Assembly (NCBI RefSeq): GCF_000181795.1
Contig: NW_003526943.1
Location: 1,669,647 to 1,733,646, forward strand
DNA: 64,000 nt
Direction of reading: 5' to 3'
Origin: Trichinella spiralis
Lineage: Eukaryota
Shown here in pieces: positions 26,883 to 40,790 of this stretch. Every line of letters begins with the position of its first letter. The stretch's first letter is position 1. The translations under genes were made by a program, and so were the position numbers. A model generated the notes under the pieces. The model saw only the letters and a program-made list of their open reading frames with translations, was not told the origin of the DNA and ran no database searches.

Positions 26883-29516
26883 TTTTTCTTTTCCTAAATG
26901 ATGTATATATTTCTTTAGTAAATGTATATCTGTAAAAGATTTAAAGTTAAAATCATCTCGATGAAATAAAAATATTTCAATTTAATAAATAATTCTGCAG
27001 TATAAAATGCCGTACATAAATAACCTAACTTCAAATTATTTGAGAATATATATATATATATATATATATATTTATTTATTTAACAGTATTACAGTCAAAT
27101 ATTATTTGTAAATTGTTGCCTAATGAAATAACGATGATATTATTAATAATAATGAAAAAAATGAACATATTAAAATGTTAAATTATTATTGTAAAGATAT
27201 CGAAATTAAAAATTTAATAATATATGCATTAAAAATTGGAATTTTATCAATTTTCCAAAATTTTTGAATAGAATGTTGCTATATAGTAAATGATAAATAT
27301 GCTAAGAATAATTTTTAATGAGCTCAATTTGAAAATTAATAAAAATCTGCGATAGATTTAATTAATAAGAAATATTTGCTGATGCTGAAGCATTATTGCC
27401 CATTAATTTAGTAATAGCCATTTTGCTATGAAGTAAATATCATGAATTATAAGAATTTTGCAGACTTTTTATATGAGAACGCTATAATAATTTGAACATC
27501 AGAAAATTTTTTCTATAAATTTGTATAAGCACATTTGGCGCTTGAATACAATCTAATGTAGTGCTTTTTATTCACAAAACAGAAAATAAATATTTTTAAA
27601 TTGTAATTATCATTCAAATGCATTTTGATTCTCGCTTGCATCTATATTTAAAATTTAATAATTTTAACAAAAATGAAGTTTGTTGTGTTTACAAAATTAT
27701 GAATTGGAAATAAATTCAAAGCAATTTTAAGTTTGAACATCACTATATAATTTGCAATTCTTAATTTTTACTCTATGATAAGCAGACAATGCAGGATTTA
27801 CATTTATGCTTGACCCTTATATCTTAATGAATTTATTTAAAATCAGCATAAGAAGCATTCCATTTTTGTAAATTTGTGCAACCATTCAATGACAGCTTGA
27901 AGTCTTAAAGTTAAGCAGCAAATCAAAGAAAACAAAAACGCTATGAAATGCCAATATTCTTGGCAAACAAGCGTGTAAAAGTTGCTTTCTTACTGAAATC
28001 AGGTACAAGATTGTGTCACTGTGTAGAGATATGCAAAATGCAGGTTGCCCGAAGAATTTGTTTTCGTTTTGACGATCATTCATGGCATAGAGATAGTTAT
28101 CAAGGAAATGACAAAATGCATAACGAATTATACAATTATTTAGTTGGCAGAATGCTTAAGCAGAAGTCAAAATGTCAAAATTACACAACTGAAAAGAATG
28201 GTATACTAACTAAGATTGGAATACTGTACGTGAATCAGCATCTGACAAAAGTACATGTAATGGTAATAACAACATAAACATTGAAATCTTTGAAAAGTAT
28301 AAAAAATTTATTTTCCATTATCTCACATGTGGACATTAAGAAGAAGCCATAGCATGCAACCTGAAAAGAATAAAATTACTTCAAAATAATTGCCAAATAT
28401 AAAAGCCAGTGTATAAGCTGAAAAGGAATAAACAGACAGCTAATGCAGCAATTATTTAACGAAATATGCATGTGGATAGTTAATGAAGCATGTAAGAGCT
28501 CTATCGGCTAAACTGACCATAAGTACGAAGTGATTTTACTAATGGAGTATTTGTGCCAATGTGGAAGCAAATGAATGCTGCTTCTAAAGTAAAAGAATTA
28601 CTGCTGCAAGCTAACCACTCAGAATGAGAATGAATTACTACTTTGCTTACTGTTTTTAATGACGTAAAAAATTTTTCAAATAAAAATAAAAAGGCTCATA
28701 GATTTATTGCAGTTTTTGAAAAAGTTTCCACAAAGGAACTGTAAAAAATAAAATTTACAAATAAGCAATTCGAACCATTTGACGTGATACTGAATTTCTT
28801 TTATAAACTACTGTTTAATGGCAACTTGAATTGAATTAAAAAGGTTTAATGCAGGTTTTGATATTTTCATTTTTTGGAGAACTTTCATAAGCAATAATTA
28901 ATTCCTTTTAGAATGCTATTGCAGGTTTACTCGAAAAAATGTTTTCCAAACATGCAACTTGTAAATGGCTAAGCAAATAAATTTTCAATGCTGTTGGTGT
29001 GCGACGCTGTTAATTGCAAAACCCAAAAACTATGTGAAAGAAACTGTTTTAATTATACTATTTAGTAAGAATCTCATGTAAGCTGTAAAATTTTAATCAT
29101 GGATATAAAGGGAATAATTCACAAGTATTATCTAAAAATTCAGATTTCAAATAAAAAACGGGGGTCATGTGTTATGAATCATAATTAAAGTTGAATTTAA
29201 TAAATGAAGTTGATAGATGATGTTAAAACTTGAAAAGCAGAAGCAGTTGCATATATATAATCAGCTATGAGAATGCTTTGTCAATGTCTGCCATTTTAGC
29301 ATTGTGGAGAAGTATTACACACTGATTAGAAAAAATAAATTAAAAAGATATGTGCAAAAACATAGACTGAAGTTTAGGCATAGTACAAATTAAAGAACCA
29401 TAAATGAATAATGAAATTATAAATTGTACCTTTCTACAGAACAGATTGCAAGATATTTTAAACGCTGACATGAGGATTAACTGCTAATTAGTTGAATAAT
29501 TTTAATTCAGACTAAT

Positions 29517-32369
29517 TCAAAAATCTAGTATTTCATCAACCAATGTTCCCGGTTCACAGAACAAAATTTCAGCAAAAAGCGACTGCGATTCTATATTATA
29601 AATTTCATGGTTCAATTCTTGCCGCAATAAAGTACACTGCTTTTTCAGTGTGTACTTAATGGCCAAACATATGTATGAAGTATACCTAATCCGACAAGCG
29701 TAAATGCAAGATTTTATGTTTTCAACATTTTCAAAAGTTTCAGTTGGGCTAAAACCACTTAATTGAGTTGTATTATGGAATTCCAGGACGCAAATTTCGC
29801 CAGTTTTTTGTAGATAATATCGCACGGGGGGAGGATTGTGTTTTCGTTCATTCTGTCGATCTAAAACGTAAAATACTGAACTGAAATTTCTCCATAATAT
29901 TTGATGTAAAATGCAAAAAGTAACTTCAAAAAAGTAATACGGGCTTTGATTTTAAGACAGAAATATAATTAAGCTTAAAAACGGATACTTTAAAATTAGT
30001 TTTTGGCAGTTGCAAAAATGAAATGTCAAGATTTCAGTATTATCAAACAATGAAGCTAGAGACAATAAATTATAAAAAATATAATAATAATCAATCTCAC
30101 CTGCGTGGCAATTCAAAAGTTCAACTAAATTGCTTTTATGGTTAACAAAACGTACGTTGCTTCCTTGGACATTTCTTTTTAGCAATTCGCATTTATAATT
30201 ATGCCTTGAATATATAATCGAACAATAGGAAAGATAACGAAGCCATGGTCGACAGAAATGTAGGCATCTGTTTACTGATCGAACGTTTGATATTATTTGA
30301 ACGCTTGTCACATTTTCGATCTTTCTGTCATGAATTATGTTCACTTTACAAATTTCCAAGTATCTGTACAAATGAACGTGTGATTCCCTTGAAATTCGTT
30401 CCGCTTGTTCTACACTTGGACCACTTACTCTTTTAAAATCTAATTGCAATATTTTTAATTCACATGGTGCTTAAATTTATTTTGAATTTCATTTTTGAAA
30501 ACAAAGTTAGCATGTTTTTAAGAAAAAGTAATAAATTATGCAGTTTTTCCTATGGATGATAATTAAACATTTTATAATATTGTACGCATGGTAGAATCTT
30601 TAATAAATTAAATACAGCGGTGAAATTTTTTTCAGCATATTAAGTCTAATTTATTACACTTTTGATTCGATATTTCTTAAATATATATAAACATAAATAT
30701 AAATATAGTGAACCGCATTATGCAATATTAAGTGGTACGGTTAAAGCTATTTAATATTTGAAAAAACTGCATGCTAATTTATGAAAAGTTGTTGCATTGA
30801 TTACATCTGCGGTTCATTAGTAAAAATGAATTTTAATATAAATCTGCACTAGCTACCGTTATTATATGTTTTCAAAAACTGGATGTCAAAATTTCTGTAA
30901 ATCTTCTAATTAAAAGTTTAATTAGAAGTGATTTGTATTAATATTTCTGTTCAAGTATTGTTTAAACCTTATTTTCTTAATGGCAATGATATTTCTGATT
31001 GAAATATCGACTAATCTGACAATTTTCAAATGAGTTACATAATAATTCAAATTGAAATAATTATTTAAATTATTTCTTTTTTTCAAAGAATTTTTATTAA
31101 TTGCAATTTTTTAAAAGGGAATAATATACGGACTTACCTGTTGCAGCGTGACATTCTGCGCACAGTTCGTATGATATATTGTCCGTAGCTTCTATTACTA
31201 TTGAATTTACTTTGACATCCCCTAAGAATAAAGAACATTTGATCATAAAAATTAGTATCAATATTGAAATATCTTCTGTGTCTTCTTGCAACATCCTCAC
31301 AAATAAATATCATACTGGGCAAAATAAGATGCAGAAGAAACATCAATGCCATCCCATGATGTGTAAAGGTGATTGGAGGTGTGGGTGTCCCATGCTTCAA
31401 TAGTGTACATAAGCTTGCTTTAGGATTATAAATTACTGCATTGCATCCCGTTTGCCATCTCTTCACATAACAAGTAATGATGCAATCAGAAAGAAACTTT
31501 TTTTTACCAGTTTCAATAATTTTCGAACTTATGCTATCAACAATAGGTCGTTCTTCAATAATGAATGTTTTATTCAGAATTTCTGTTTGCAGGGATATAA
31601 AAGTTCCCCCAAGAACCAACTCTGAATAATTTTCAACTTCGTGCAAATAATGTGAGCCTAAAATACATTTTTGTTTTTCTTAAAGTTATTTTTTAAAAAA
31701 ATATATGTAAAACTTTAAATAAGCATCTTATTTAAGCTTATTCTTGAGCACTTACATACACGTTGTAATCAAGATTAATTTTAATTCAAAATAATTCAAA
31801 AATTGAGTACAAAAGTAGTGGAGGAACATCTCATCATAACGAAAATTTAATTTTGTTAACTGTCAATTTGAAAACCATTAATTGAGATATAATTATAGCA
31901 AATTAAGCTTTTCTCAAAGAATTATGCGAAATGTGAAATAGCAGAAAAAAGTGATTTACCTTCCGAGCATCCATAAATAAATATAACATCATGAGATTCA
32001 TGTTGTGTTTCTGTTGGTTTGGAAATTATGTGCCCAACAAGCAAATAGCACTTCATAAGACTCTGGGAGTATTTTATAGCATTGCATTTATTTGCAGGAA
32101 GAAGCAAATTGCACATTAGTATGCATTCATTGAATGATTTGCTCCATACCTTCCGCATTTCATAGAGCCGTAACGAGCTGTTATCCACTTTCAACTGATC
32201 AAGTACGCATGTCATCTGGACCTCTTTAACATATAAAGCAAACGGAATACTTTTGCATTGCTTAATTTAAACGAATTTTTATTTATTTTTTGTTTCATAA
32301 TCAAATACAAAATGCATTTACCCAAAGCTGCATAAGTATCGCAATCAGAAAAAAATTCTGTGCAAACAT
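29517..32369 (-). CDS. Secreted multi-PAN/Apple-like domain protein, array copy 2 (6 exons)
   Basis: MFAQNFFLIAILMQLW/QCKS start, same exon layout and Cys pattern as copy 1, ends EPGTLVDEILDF* (TGA). Confidence 0.8.
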
Positions 32370-33292
32370 TTTTCTTATTCCTAAATGATGCACATAGTTC
32401 TTTAATAATAATATCTGAGAATGATTTAAGGCTAAAATCATCTTTACAAAATAAAAATATCGTAATATAATTAATAATTCTACTGTTGCAACATATCGTA
32501 TATATATATATTTATTTATTTATTCATATTTATTTATTTGCTTATTTATTTATTCATTCATTTATTATTCGATTATATATATCTGTATTACAGGTAAATT
32601 TCATTTTAAGATTGTTACATGAATAAAGCAGGATAGTATTATCAGTAATTATGAAGAGAACTTTACTAAAATGTCTAATTTTCACTGGAGCCATATTACA
32701 ATAAAAAATTTAATGATTTAAACTTAACCAAATGAATATTTGTCAAACTGCTGAAATCGTTGAAAGAAACGTTCCGTTAAGTAAATTATAATTATCCCAA
32801 GATGGAAAATTTATACATGGTTAATTTTAAAATTTTAATGAGATCTCTGTTAAATTTCACTCTGAAAAAATATTTGCTGACGATGATACATAATTGGTTA
32901 TTAATTGGTAATTGCCATTTTACAGCAAAAATATTATAGAAGATATGTCATGATTTATTTAACTTTAATTTCAGAAGGCTCTGTCATAACGAATTTGATT
33001 TTGAAAAATTTCAGTAAACATCTAGAAGCACATGCTTGCTGCTAGAATAAAATCCAATGTTGTGCTTTTTATTCAGAAAATAAATGAGGAATATTTTCTT
33101 ATTGTAATTATAATTAAAACTTATTTTGCTTTCCATTTGCACATACGTGTGAAACTTCATAATTATAACAATGATGAAATTTGAATGCGCTTAAAAGTTA
33201 TCAATTGGAAATAAATCAAAAACAACTTAATTTGGAATATTATTACATAATTTGAAATTCTTAATTTTTACTCTTCGACAAAATGACAAATG

Positions 33293-33529
33293 CTGGCATA
33301 CCCCGCTTAACGCTGTATCGCTGTTGTTTTAGCATGCCACGTGAGTCATTTTTCTTTAAAGGTAAATATTCAAATTTTAAATATTTCAAATAAGTTTTGT
33401 TGTATATATTTTGACTTAAACTGGAACCGATGTACTATAAGCGCATGCTATAACGATCCCGTACAACGCCGCTTTGCTTAACGCTCTTTTTTCTGGAACT
33501 GACCGAGAGCGTTAATCAGGGTATGCCTG
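33293..33529. mobile_element. Tigger-type MITE (~237 bp)
   Basis: Imperfect TIRs CTGGCATACCCCGCTTAACGCT / CAGGCATACCCTGATTAACGCT (reverse complement). TA on the right flank, TG on the left. Absent from the paralogous spacer near 27780. Confidence 0.8.
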
Positions 33530-33723
33530 TATTTTCTATTTTACATTTATACAAACATTGTGAAGTTTTATGAATTTACTTAAACAGTGCAGCAGATGCA
33601 TATTCCACTTCTAGAGCTTTGTGTAACTATTAACTGATACTACGCTGTTAATAAGGCTGCATGTTAAAGTAAAATTTTAAATCAAAGGCCACAAAAACGT
33701 CAGATGCTATGTTAATATGCTTG

Positions 33724-33947
33724 TGTAGCGCTCGTCGGCGCTACGTGATTTCCGACCATCGCGAGAGGTTAAGAGTTTATTAGACAAAGCACAAAACAGC
33801 AAAAACAACAATGACAAAATAAGAAAAACAGAATAGCAGTAGCACCGCACACAATCACCGGTTTCCGACTTGGCGTCCCCTACTGTCGATGTCCTACAAA
33901 AACATCGGCGTGATGTGCAGGTGCAATTATGTTCCACCGTCGTCACA
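33724..33947 (-). mobile_element. Solo LTR (224 bp)
   Basis: Starts TGTAGCG and ends CGTCACA (TG..CA with a short inverted repeat). Flanked by 4-bp direct repeat CTTG at 33720-33723 and 33948-33951. AATAAA on the minus strand (~33776). Absent from the paralogous spacer near 27955. Confidence 0.7.
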
Positions 33948-35392
33948 CTTGTTTTGTCAAGCAAGTCATCTAAGAGATGTTTTCTCACTGAAATTGAGGG
34001 CGTTATTGTGCCACCGCTACTGATATCTCAAAAATGGTGGTTATCTCAAGAATTTGTATTCATTTCAACGGGAGCTCATGAAAAAGAGATGGTTTTAAAA
34101 GAAAAGAAAAGATCTTATGCAATGGAATATAGAATTACTCAGTTGACACAGTCCTTCAACCATAGCCAAATGTAAGCATTTCACCTTCTGAAATGACCAG
34201 AATGAATAGAATCATAAGAAAATCAGTATTTAACAAAAGCACTTGCAGTGACAGCAGAAACAAAACTATTGAGGTTTTAGGAAAGTGCAGATACTTCGTT
34301 TACCATAATCTCGCAAGTATATTAGAAAGCAGCATCCGTACCAAATTACTTGAACCGAGTGAAATTGCTTAAAAAAAGGGCTAAATGCAGCAGCAAATCC
34401 ATAATTCGAAAAAGCATAAATATACTATTAAAACTGCAATTATTCAACGCAACATGATTATGGTTAATTAATGAAACTTGCAACAGCAGTATCGGTTTAG
34501 CCGACAGCAAGTAGAAAGGGATTATACAAACGAAGTATTTGCGCATATGCCACAGTAAATGCATGATGCCTTTATAGTAAACTAAAAATAATGCTCCAAG
34601 TCAACCACCCAGTATGAGATTGAATTACTACCTTGCTTGCCTTTTTTCATGATGCAGAAAAATTTTCAGATGATAATGCCCACCAAATTATTGCAAAATG
34701 TTTGAAAAAGCTTCCACAAAGAAACTGCAAAAAATAAAATTTACAAATAAGCAATTCGAACAATTTGACATGATACTGAATTTTTATATAAACTGCTGTT
34801 TAATGACAATTTGAAATAAATGTTAAGAAGTTTTAATGCAGGTCATGAAATTTTTACTTTTTTGATAACTTTTATTAATTTCTTTTAGAATGCTATTGCA
34901 GGTTTACTTGAACAAATGTTATACGAACATGCTCCTTGTAAATGGCCAAGCAAATAAAATTTCAGTGCTGCTGGTGTGCAACGCTGTTAATTGCAAAAGC
35001 CAAAAACTATCTGAAAGAAAATGTTTTAATTATATTGAATCTCCTGTAAGCTGCCAAATTTCAATCAAAGTTATGAAGGGAATAATTCACAAACATTATT
35101 TAAAAATTATCTTCAAATTTCAAATAGAAAAAGGTGTTCACGTGTTACAAATAATAATTAAAGTTGAGTTTAATAAATGCAGTTGATAAATGATATTAGA
35201 AACTTGAAAAGCAGAAGCAGTTGCTTATGTATAATCAGCTTTGAGAATGTTTGGTCAATGTCTGCCGTTTTTGCATTGTGAAAAAATATTAAGCACTGAT
35301 TAGAAAGAATAAATTAAAGAGATATGCTCAGAAATATAGACTGTATTAGGCATAGGACAAATTAAGTATACGTGAGTAATATATGTAATTAT

Positions 35393-36526
35393 TAGAGCCC
35401 GTATTTTTGAGCACTAAAAAACTCTGAAATAGGCGCAAAACGGCAAAATAAAATTACAAAAAAAGCAGTAAAAAGGCATTTATTTAAAAAAAAGCAAATA
35501 TTTGTATTGCTTAAATATGGTGAAAATGGTACATATATTGCATTAAATGGTTTATCTTGTCTAGTTGCACATAAGTGCAAGCATTTTTTTCAAGTTATCT
35601 GGTGCTAAGCTATGTCGTCTGTCTGAAAGAATATACTTTAACTGTGAAAAACTTCTTTCTACCTCAGCTGAGGTCACAGGTGCATATTTGAAGCAAACCG
35701 CAGACTCAATATTCATGCCAATAAGTTGTGCATTGGATTTTCCTTTGAAGACTTTTGCTATGCTTTGTATTTCTTTATGGTCTTTGTTAGCTGAAATCAG
35801 TTTATAGCATTTTCTTTGTATGTCTTCACCTACTTTGCCTGGAATTTTATGAATATTATCGACTACTTTGTCGAAAACTTGTAACTTATCTTTGGGCATT
35901 GAGATTTCACTTTGGGCATTTTGAAGCTTGCGGAAGTAGTAGATCTTGGGTAGGAACGACACAGCAAGCAAAACGTGAGTGAATGAACAGTCAACGGTAG
36001 CAGTCTGGTTTCCTCCCAGCCGTAGAAATTTTGAATGACTGATGGATGACAACGTTAGTTCAGTTCATCGCTTTTTATTTACTTTTTGTAACAAACAGAA
36101 ATCGTGGGAACCCCTGTTTAGGTTTGTCCAGAAAGAAAGCGATAGCACCTACCGCCAGCGCCACGTAGCGACAGTGGCATAGCGGCAACCCACCCCAAAC
36201 AATTTTTTCCCATCACACCTCAAGCCTGGGTATTGTGTTCTCACCAACGTGCAATATATCTTTATTGAGGAAATATAAAATACACACGCGATTCTTACAA
36301 CATACACACAGAAACTGACTATCTAACTTGTTTCTGGAACTCGTTCTCTACTAGATTTCTTCGTGATACATGACACTGGGCAAAGTTGAATTTTGCATTG
36401 AATTATAAAAAAAGCTATGTTATGGTAAAATTATCAAAAAAGACATAAAAAGGCAATATTATGGAAAAATTATCAAAAAAGGCAGAAAAAGGCACTTATG
36501 GCATTTATGGCATAATCCGGGGTCCA
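35393..36526 (-). mobile_element. Non-autonomous, internally deleted hAT-superfamily DNA transposon
   Basis: Perfect 8-bp TSD GTAATTAT (35385-35392, 36527-36534). Imperfect TIRs TAGAGCCCGTATT / TGGACCCCGGATT. AAAAGGCA subterminal repeats. Minus-strand remnant 35561-~35925 has the hAT dimerisation-type motif FKYAPVTSAEVERSFSQLKYILSDRRHSL..DNL. An empty site is visible in the paralogous flank at ~29413. Confidence 0.9.
36231..36375 (-). mobile_element. Possible small solo LTR nested in the hAT element
   Basis: 5-bp direct repeat CTGGG at 36226-36230 and 36376-36380. The minus strand starts TGTCA, contains AATAAA, and ends ...CAATA (degenerate CA end). Confidence 0.4.
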
Positions 36527-36620
36527 GTAATTATAAATTGTAACCGGATTCAGAATGGATTGCATGAAATTTTATACGTTCTATTCCGGATTAACTTTAA
36601 TAATTTTAATTCAAAATAAT

Positions 36621-39401
36621 TCAAAAATCTAGTATTTCATCTACCAATGTTCCCTGTTCACAGAATAAAATTTCAGCCAAAAGTGACTGCGGTTCTGCAT
36701 TATACAGTCTGATGTACGATGCTTTCCGCAATAAAGTACACTGCTTTTTCTTTGTGTAACTAATGGCTGAACACAAATCTCGATGAAACCGTTTTCGGCA
36801 AACGTAAATACAGGATCTTAGGTTTTCAACATTTTCCAAAATTTCAATTGCAGTAAAACTACTTATTTGTGTTGCATTATAGAATTCCAATACGCAAATT
36901 TCACCAATTTCTTTTAAATAAAATCGTACTGGAGGAGGATTCTTTCTTCGTTCATACAGTCGATCTAAAACGTCAAATATTTAACTGAATTTCAACGTAA
37001 TATTTGATGTAATATGCAAAAAACAACTATGAAAAAGTGATATACGCTTTGATTTTTATTCTGAAGTATAGTAAAGTCTAAAAAGGATACTTTAAAATTA
37101 ACTTTTTGGTGACTGCAAAATGAACTGTGAAGATTTCATCATTATTAAAAAAATAAAACTGCAGACAATAAATAATTGCATTTAATTATTACTCTCACCT
37201 GAGTAACACATCAAAAGTTCGATTAAATTTTTTTCATCATCAACAGAATATGTGCCTCTTCCTTCGGTATCTCTTTTTAGCAATTGACATTTATAGTCTT
37301 GCTTTGAATACATAATAGCACAATAGGAATGCTGACGAAGAACTGGTCGACAGAAATGTAGGCATTTGTTTGCTGATCGAACGTATGGTATCATTCGAAC
37401 GCTTGTTACATTTTCAATTTTTCCCTCATGGATTATATTTATTTTACAAATTTCAAAGTGTCTGTACAAATGAACGTATGCTGGGGTTATAGTCCGTCCT
37501 TCTTCTTCTATTCTGAGATATATCATTTCTTCTTTGTCTAATTAAAACATTTTCAATCGTTATGGTGTTCAAATTGGCTTTGAATTTTTTTTGAAAATAA
37601 AGTTAGCATGCTTTCTAATTTAAAATAATAAATCAATAAACTCTCTTTTTTCCTTGTTAATTAAATTTTTTATGATAATGCAAACATAATACAGCTGTTA
37701 ATAAATTGAATACAATACTGAAATTTTCCTTCAGCAAATTGATTCAAGTGATCAACCTTCATGAATTACACGTATAATTCCATATTTCTTAAATATATAT
37801 TGGTCGTGCATTCTATTATGCAATACCAAATAAAACTGTTCTTACAACTTGATGCGGTATGAAAATTACATGCAAATTTATAAAAAGTTGGTGCATTATT
37901 TGCATTTACATTTCATTAAGAAAAGAAATTTTTATATCAGTCTGCACTAAATACTGTGATTATTTGTTTTCAAAAACTGGATGCCAAAATTTCTGTAAAT
38001 TTTCTAATTTAAAGTTTAATTAGAAGTGATTTGTATTAATATTTCTGTTCAAGTATTGTTTAAATCTTATTTTCTTAATGGCAATAATACTCTTCAATAA
38101 TTTCGACTAATCTGAAATTTTCAAATGAGTTACATAATAATTTAAATTTAAATAATCCCTTCAGTTATTTTTTTCGAAAAATTGTTATTAATTGCAATGT
38201 ATTAAAAAGGGAATAATAATATATGGACTTACCTGCTATAGCGCGACTTTCCGCGCGCAGTTCGTATGATATATTGCGCGTAGTTTCTATCACTAGTGAA
38301 TTTACTTTGACACCCTCTAAAAATAAAGGACATTTGATCGTAAAAATTAGTATCATCATTGAAATATCTTCTGTGTCTTGTAGCAATATCGTTAGAAATA
38401 AATATCATACTGGGCAAAGTAAGATGCAGAAGAAACATCATTCTGCTCTCATGCCCTTCCAGGGTGGCAGGTAATATTGGTGTTTCATGTTTTAGTAATG
38501 TACACCAGCCAAATCCAGTATTATAAAGGATAGCATTGCATCCAACTCTCATTAGCATTGTATAACAAAAAGAGATGCAAGCGGCAATGGATTCTTTTTG
38601 AACATTTGTAATAATTTTTGAGTGCAAACTATGCTTGGCAGGGCGTCTTTCAATGATGAATATTATATCCCACATTTCCATTTCCAATGAAATAAACGTT
38701 CCTGCAGGAACTAACTTTGAATGATTTCCAATTTCATGTAAATAATGCGAGCCTAAAAGTAGATTTGCACTGCTTTATAAGGTATGTGTAAATGCATTTT
38801 TCAGCTTTAAATATGTATATTACATAAACATATTTTTGAAAACTTGCAGAAATACTAGCAATATCCCCATTTGACCAAAATTGGATTGTATTAATTGGAA
38901 ATTCAAAAAATATTAATTAATAAATAACCATATCTGATTATTATTAATAAACAAAAATGAAAATTGTAAAATGATTTAAAAAATTCATAACCTTTTGTGC
39001 ATTCATTAACATATATTATTTGAAGAGAATTATTCCGCGTCTTTAATGCTGTGGCATTGATGTGCGTAGCAAACACATAGCATTTCATAGGAATATGAAA
39101 GTATTTTACAGCATCGCAGTTCTTTTCTGGACGAAGCGAATAGCACATTAGTATGCATTCATCAAACGATTTGACCTTGACCATTTGCATATCAAAGAGA
39201 TGTAACGTGCTTCTACTTACTTTTTGTTTATCAAGTATGCATGTCATCTGGGAATCTTCAAGATATACCGAAAACAGTATGCTTTTGCATGCCTTAATAT
39301 AAAATAGTTCTGAAATATTTTCATCTTTGTAAATAAATGCAAAATTTCATTACCCAGAGTTGCATAAGTAGCGCAGTCAGAAAATAATACTGTGTGATCA
39401 T
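36621..39401 (-). CDS. Secreted multi-PAN/Apple-like domain protein, array copy 3 (6 exons)
   Basis: MITQYYFLTALLMQLW/ACKS start, same exon layout and Cys pattern, ends EQGTLVDEILDF*. Confidence 0.8.
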
Positions 39402-40073
39402 TTTTTCTTATTCCTAAATGGTGTAAGTATATCATTAATAATGATATCTGATAACAATTTAATGTTAAAATCATCTCGATAAATTAAAAAAGTCCTTACT
39501 GCATGAACAATCTAACTTTATTTAAAAAAATATATATTCTTATTAATTCATTTCTTTATTTGGTAGTGTTATATTTAAATATTATTTTCAGATTATTACG
39601 CAACTGAGTGCAATATTATTATTAATAATGATGAAAAGAACTTAACGTATTAAAATATGAAATTTTACTGTATGCATACTCCAATGAAATATTATAAAAT
39701 TGCCGAAGTCTTCAATCAGAAAAATACTGTGCAGTAAATGATGAATATGCTAAGATGAATAATTATCATTTAGGTAAATTTGTAATTTAAAGAAATTCTC
39801 TCACAGTTTAATTAACAAAAATGTTTGCTGATGAGGGAGCATTATTTATTATTAACCTGGTAATTGCCATATTACAGTGAATTTAACATTAGCGATTTAT
39901 AATGATTTATCAAACTTTTATCAGAGAATGCTTTATTACTATTAATTTGCATTTTTGATAATTTTTTCTGCAAATATTCATGAGCACATGCTTACTCAGT
40001 GTGTGCAATATAGTCATGTCCTTTTGATGCACAAAAGAGATAATTAATACATTTCGGCTGTAGTTATTATTAT

Positions 40074-40790
40074 CCCTTGAATTTCTGAAGTATTTTTGCA
40101 CCCAGTTTGGAAAATTTGGTAGGGTCATTTTTGTCCTCAGATTTTCATGGCTGAATTTGATGACGTCGTAAAAAATGTTCCATAAAACTGTCCAGTTTAG
40201 ATTGCAGCAAATGCATTTTATTTTGATTTTTCCTGCCCTAGGTACTGTTGATTTTGGATAAATGTGTAGGAGTTAATGTGAATACAAAGTGTTTGGGTTT
40301 ATATCTTTTCTGCTGAATTAGGAAGCGAAAATCGCAATCTCTGTTTTCAGCGACCAATCTTCACTGCCACAATGTCCTGAGGCCGGTTCAAGGAGATTGT
40401 TGGATTCATCAGATTCAGATGACTTCTGAACGCGGGCAGGGTGTCTGTCGCAAGCATAGCAGATTGGTGCCCAGCAGGAATGTTGCAGATAAATTCGCCC
40501 GTAACAGTCGTGGATCGTTTTTCCCAAATGCCCAAATGTGTGTGAATGAACGGCTTCTTCCATTTTGTGGGCTATGTCCGTTCAGAGTGTACATCAAGTC
40601 CAAGCTACACTGTTATAGCATAAAATAAGAACACGATGCATGCTTAGAATTTTCAAGAATATTGTGGCAAAATGGGGCTCCGGCTAGAGAGATATCAGGG
40701 TCGAAGAGTCGTGCTTGATTTGATTCAGGGCCTGGGAAAAGAAAGTGTTTTTGTCAGATTACCTTGCGCAAATCCGCTATAAGCCGCAAC
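40074..40790 (+). mobile_element. Degenerate piggyBac transposon fragment
   Basis: Frameshifted translation at ~40330-40750 (ATMSRGRFKEIVGFIRF..; DKF...FFPNAQMCVNERLLPFCGLCPFRVYIKSK..CYSIKI; YCGK...GRRVVLDL) matches the piggyBac 'VDE.L..FRGRCPFRQYI.SKP.KYGIK' motif. Left end resembles TTAA-CCCTT (TTAT-CCCTT), with GGGTCATTTTTG subterminal sequence. Right end not found. Confidence 0.8.
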
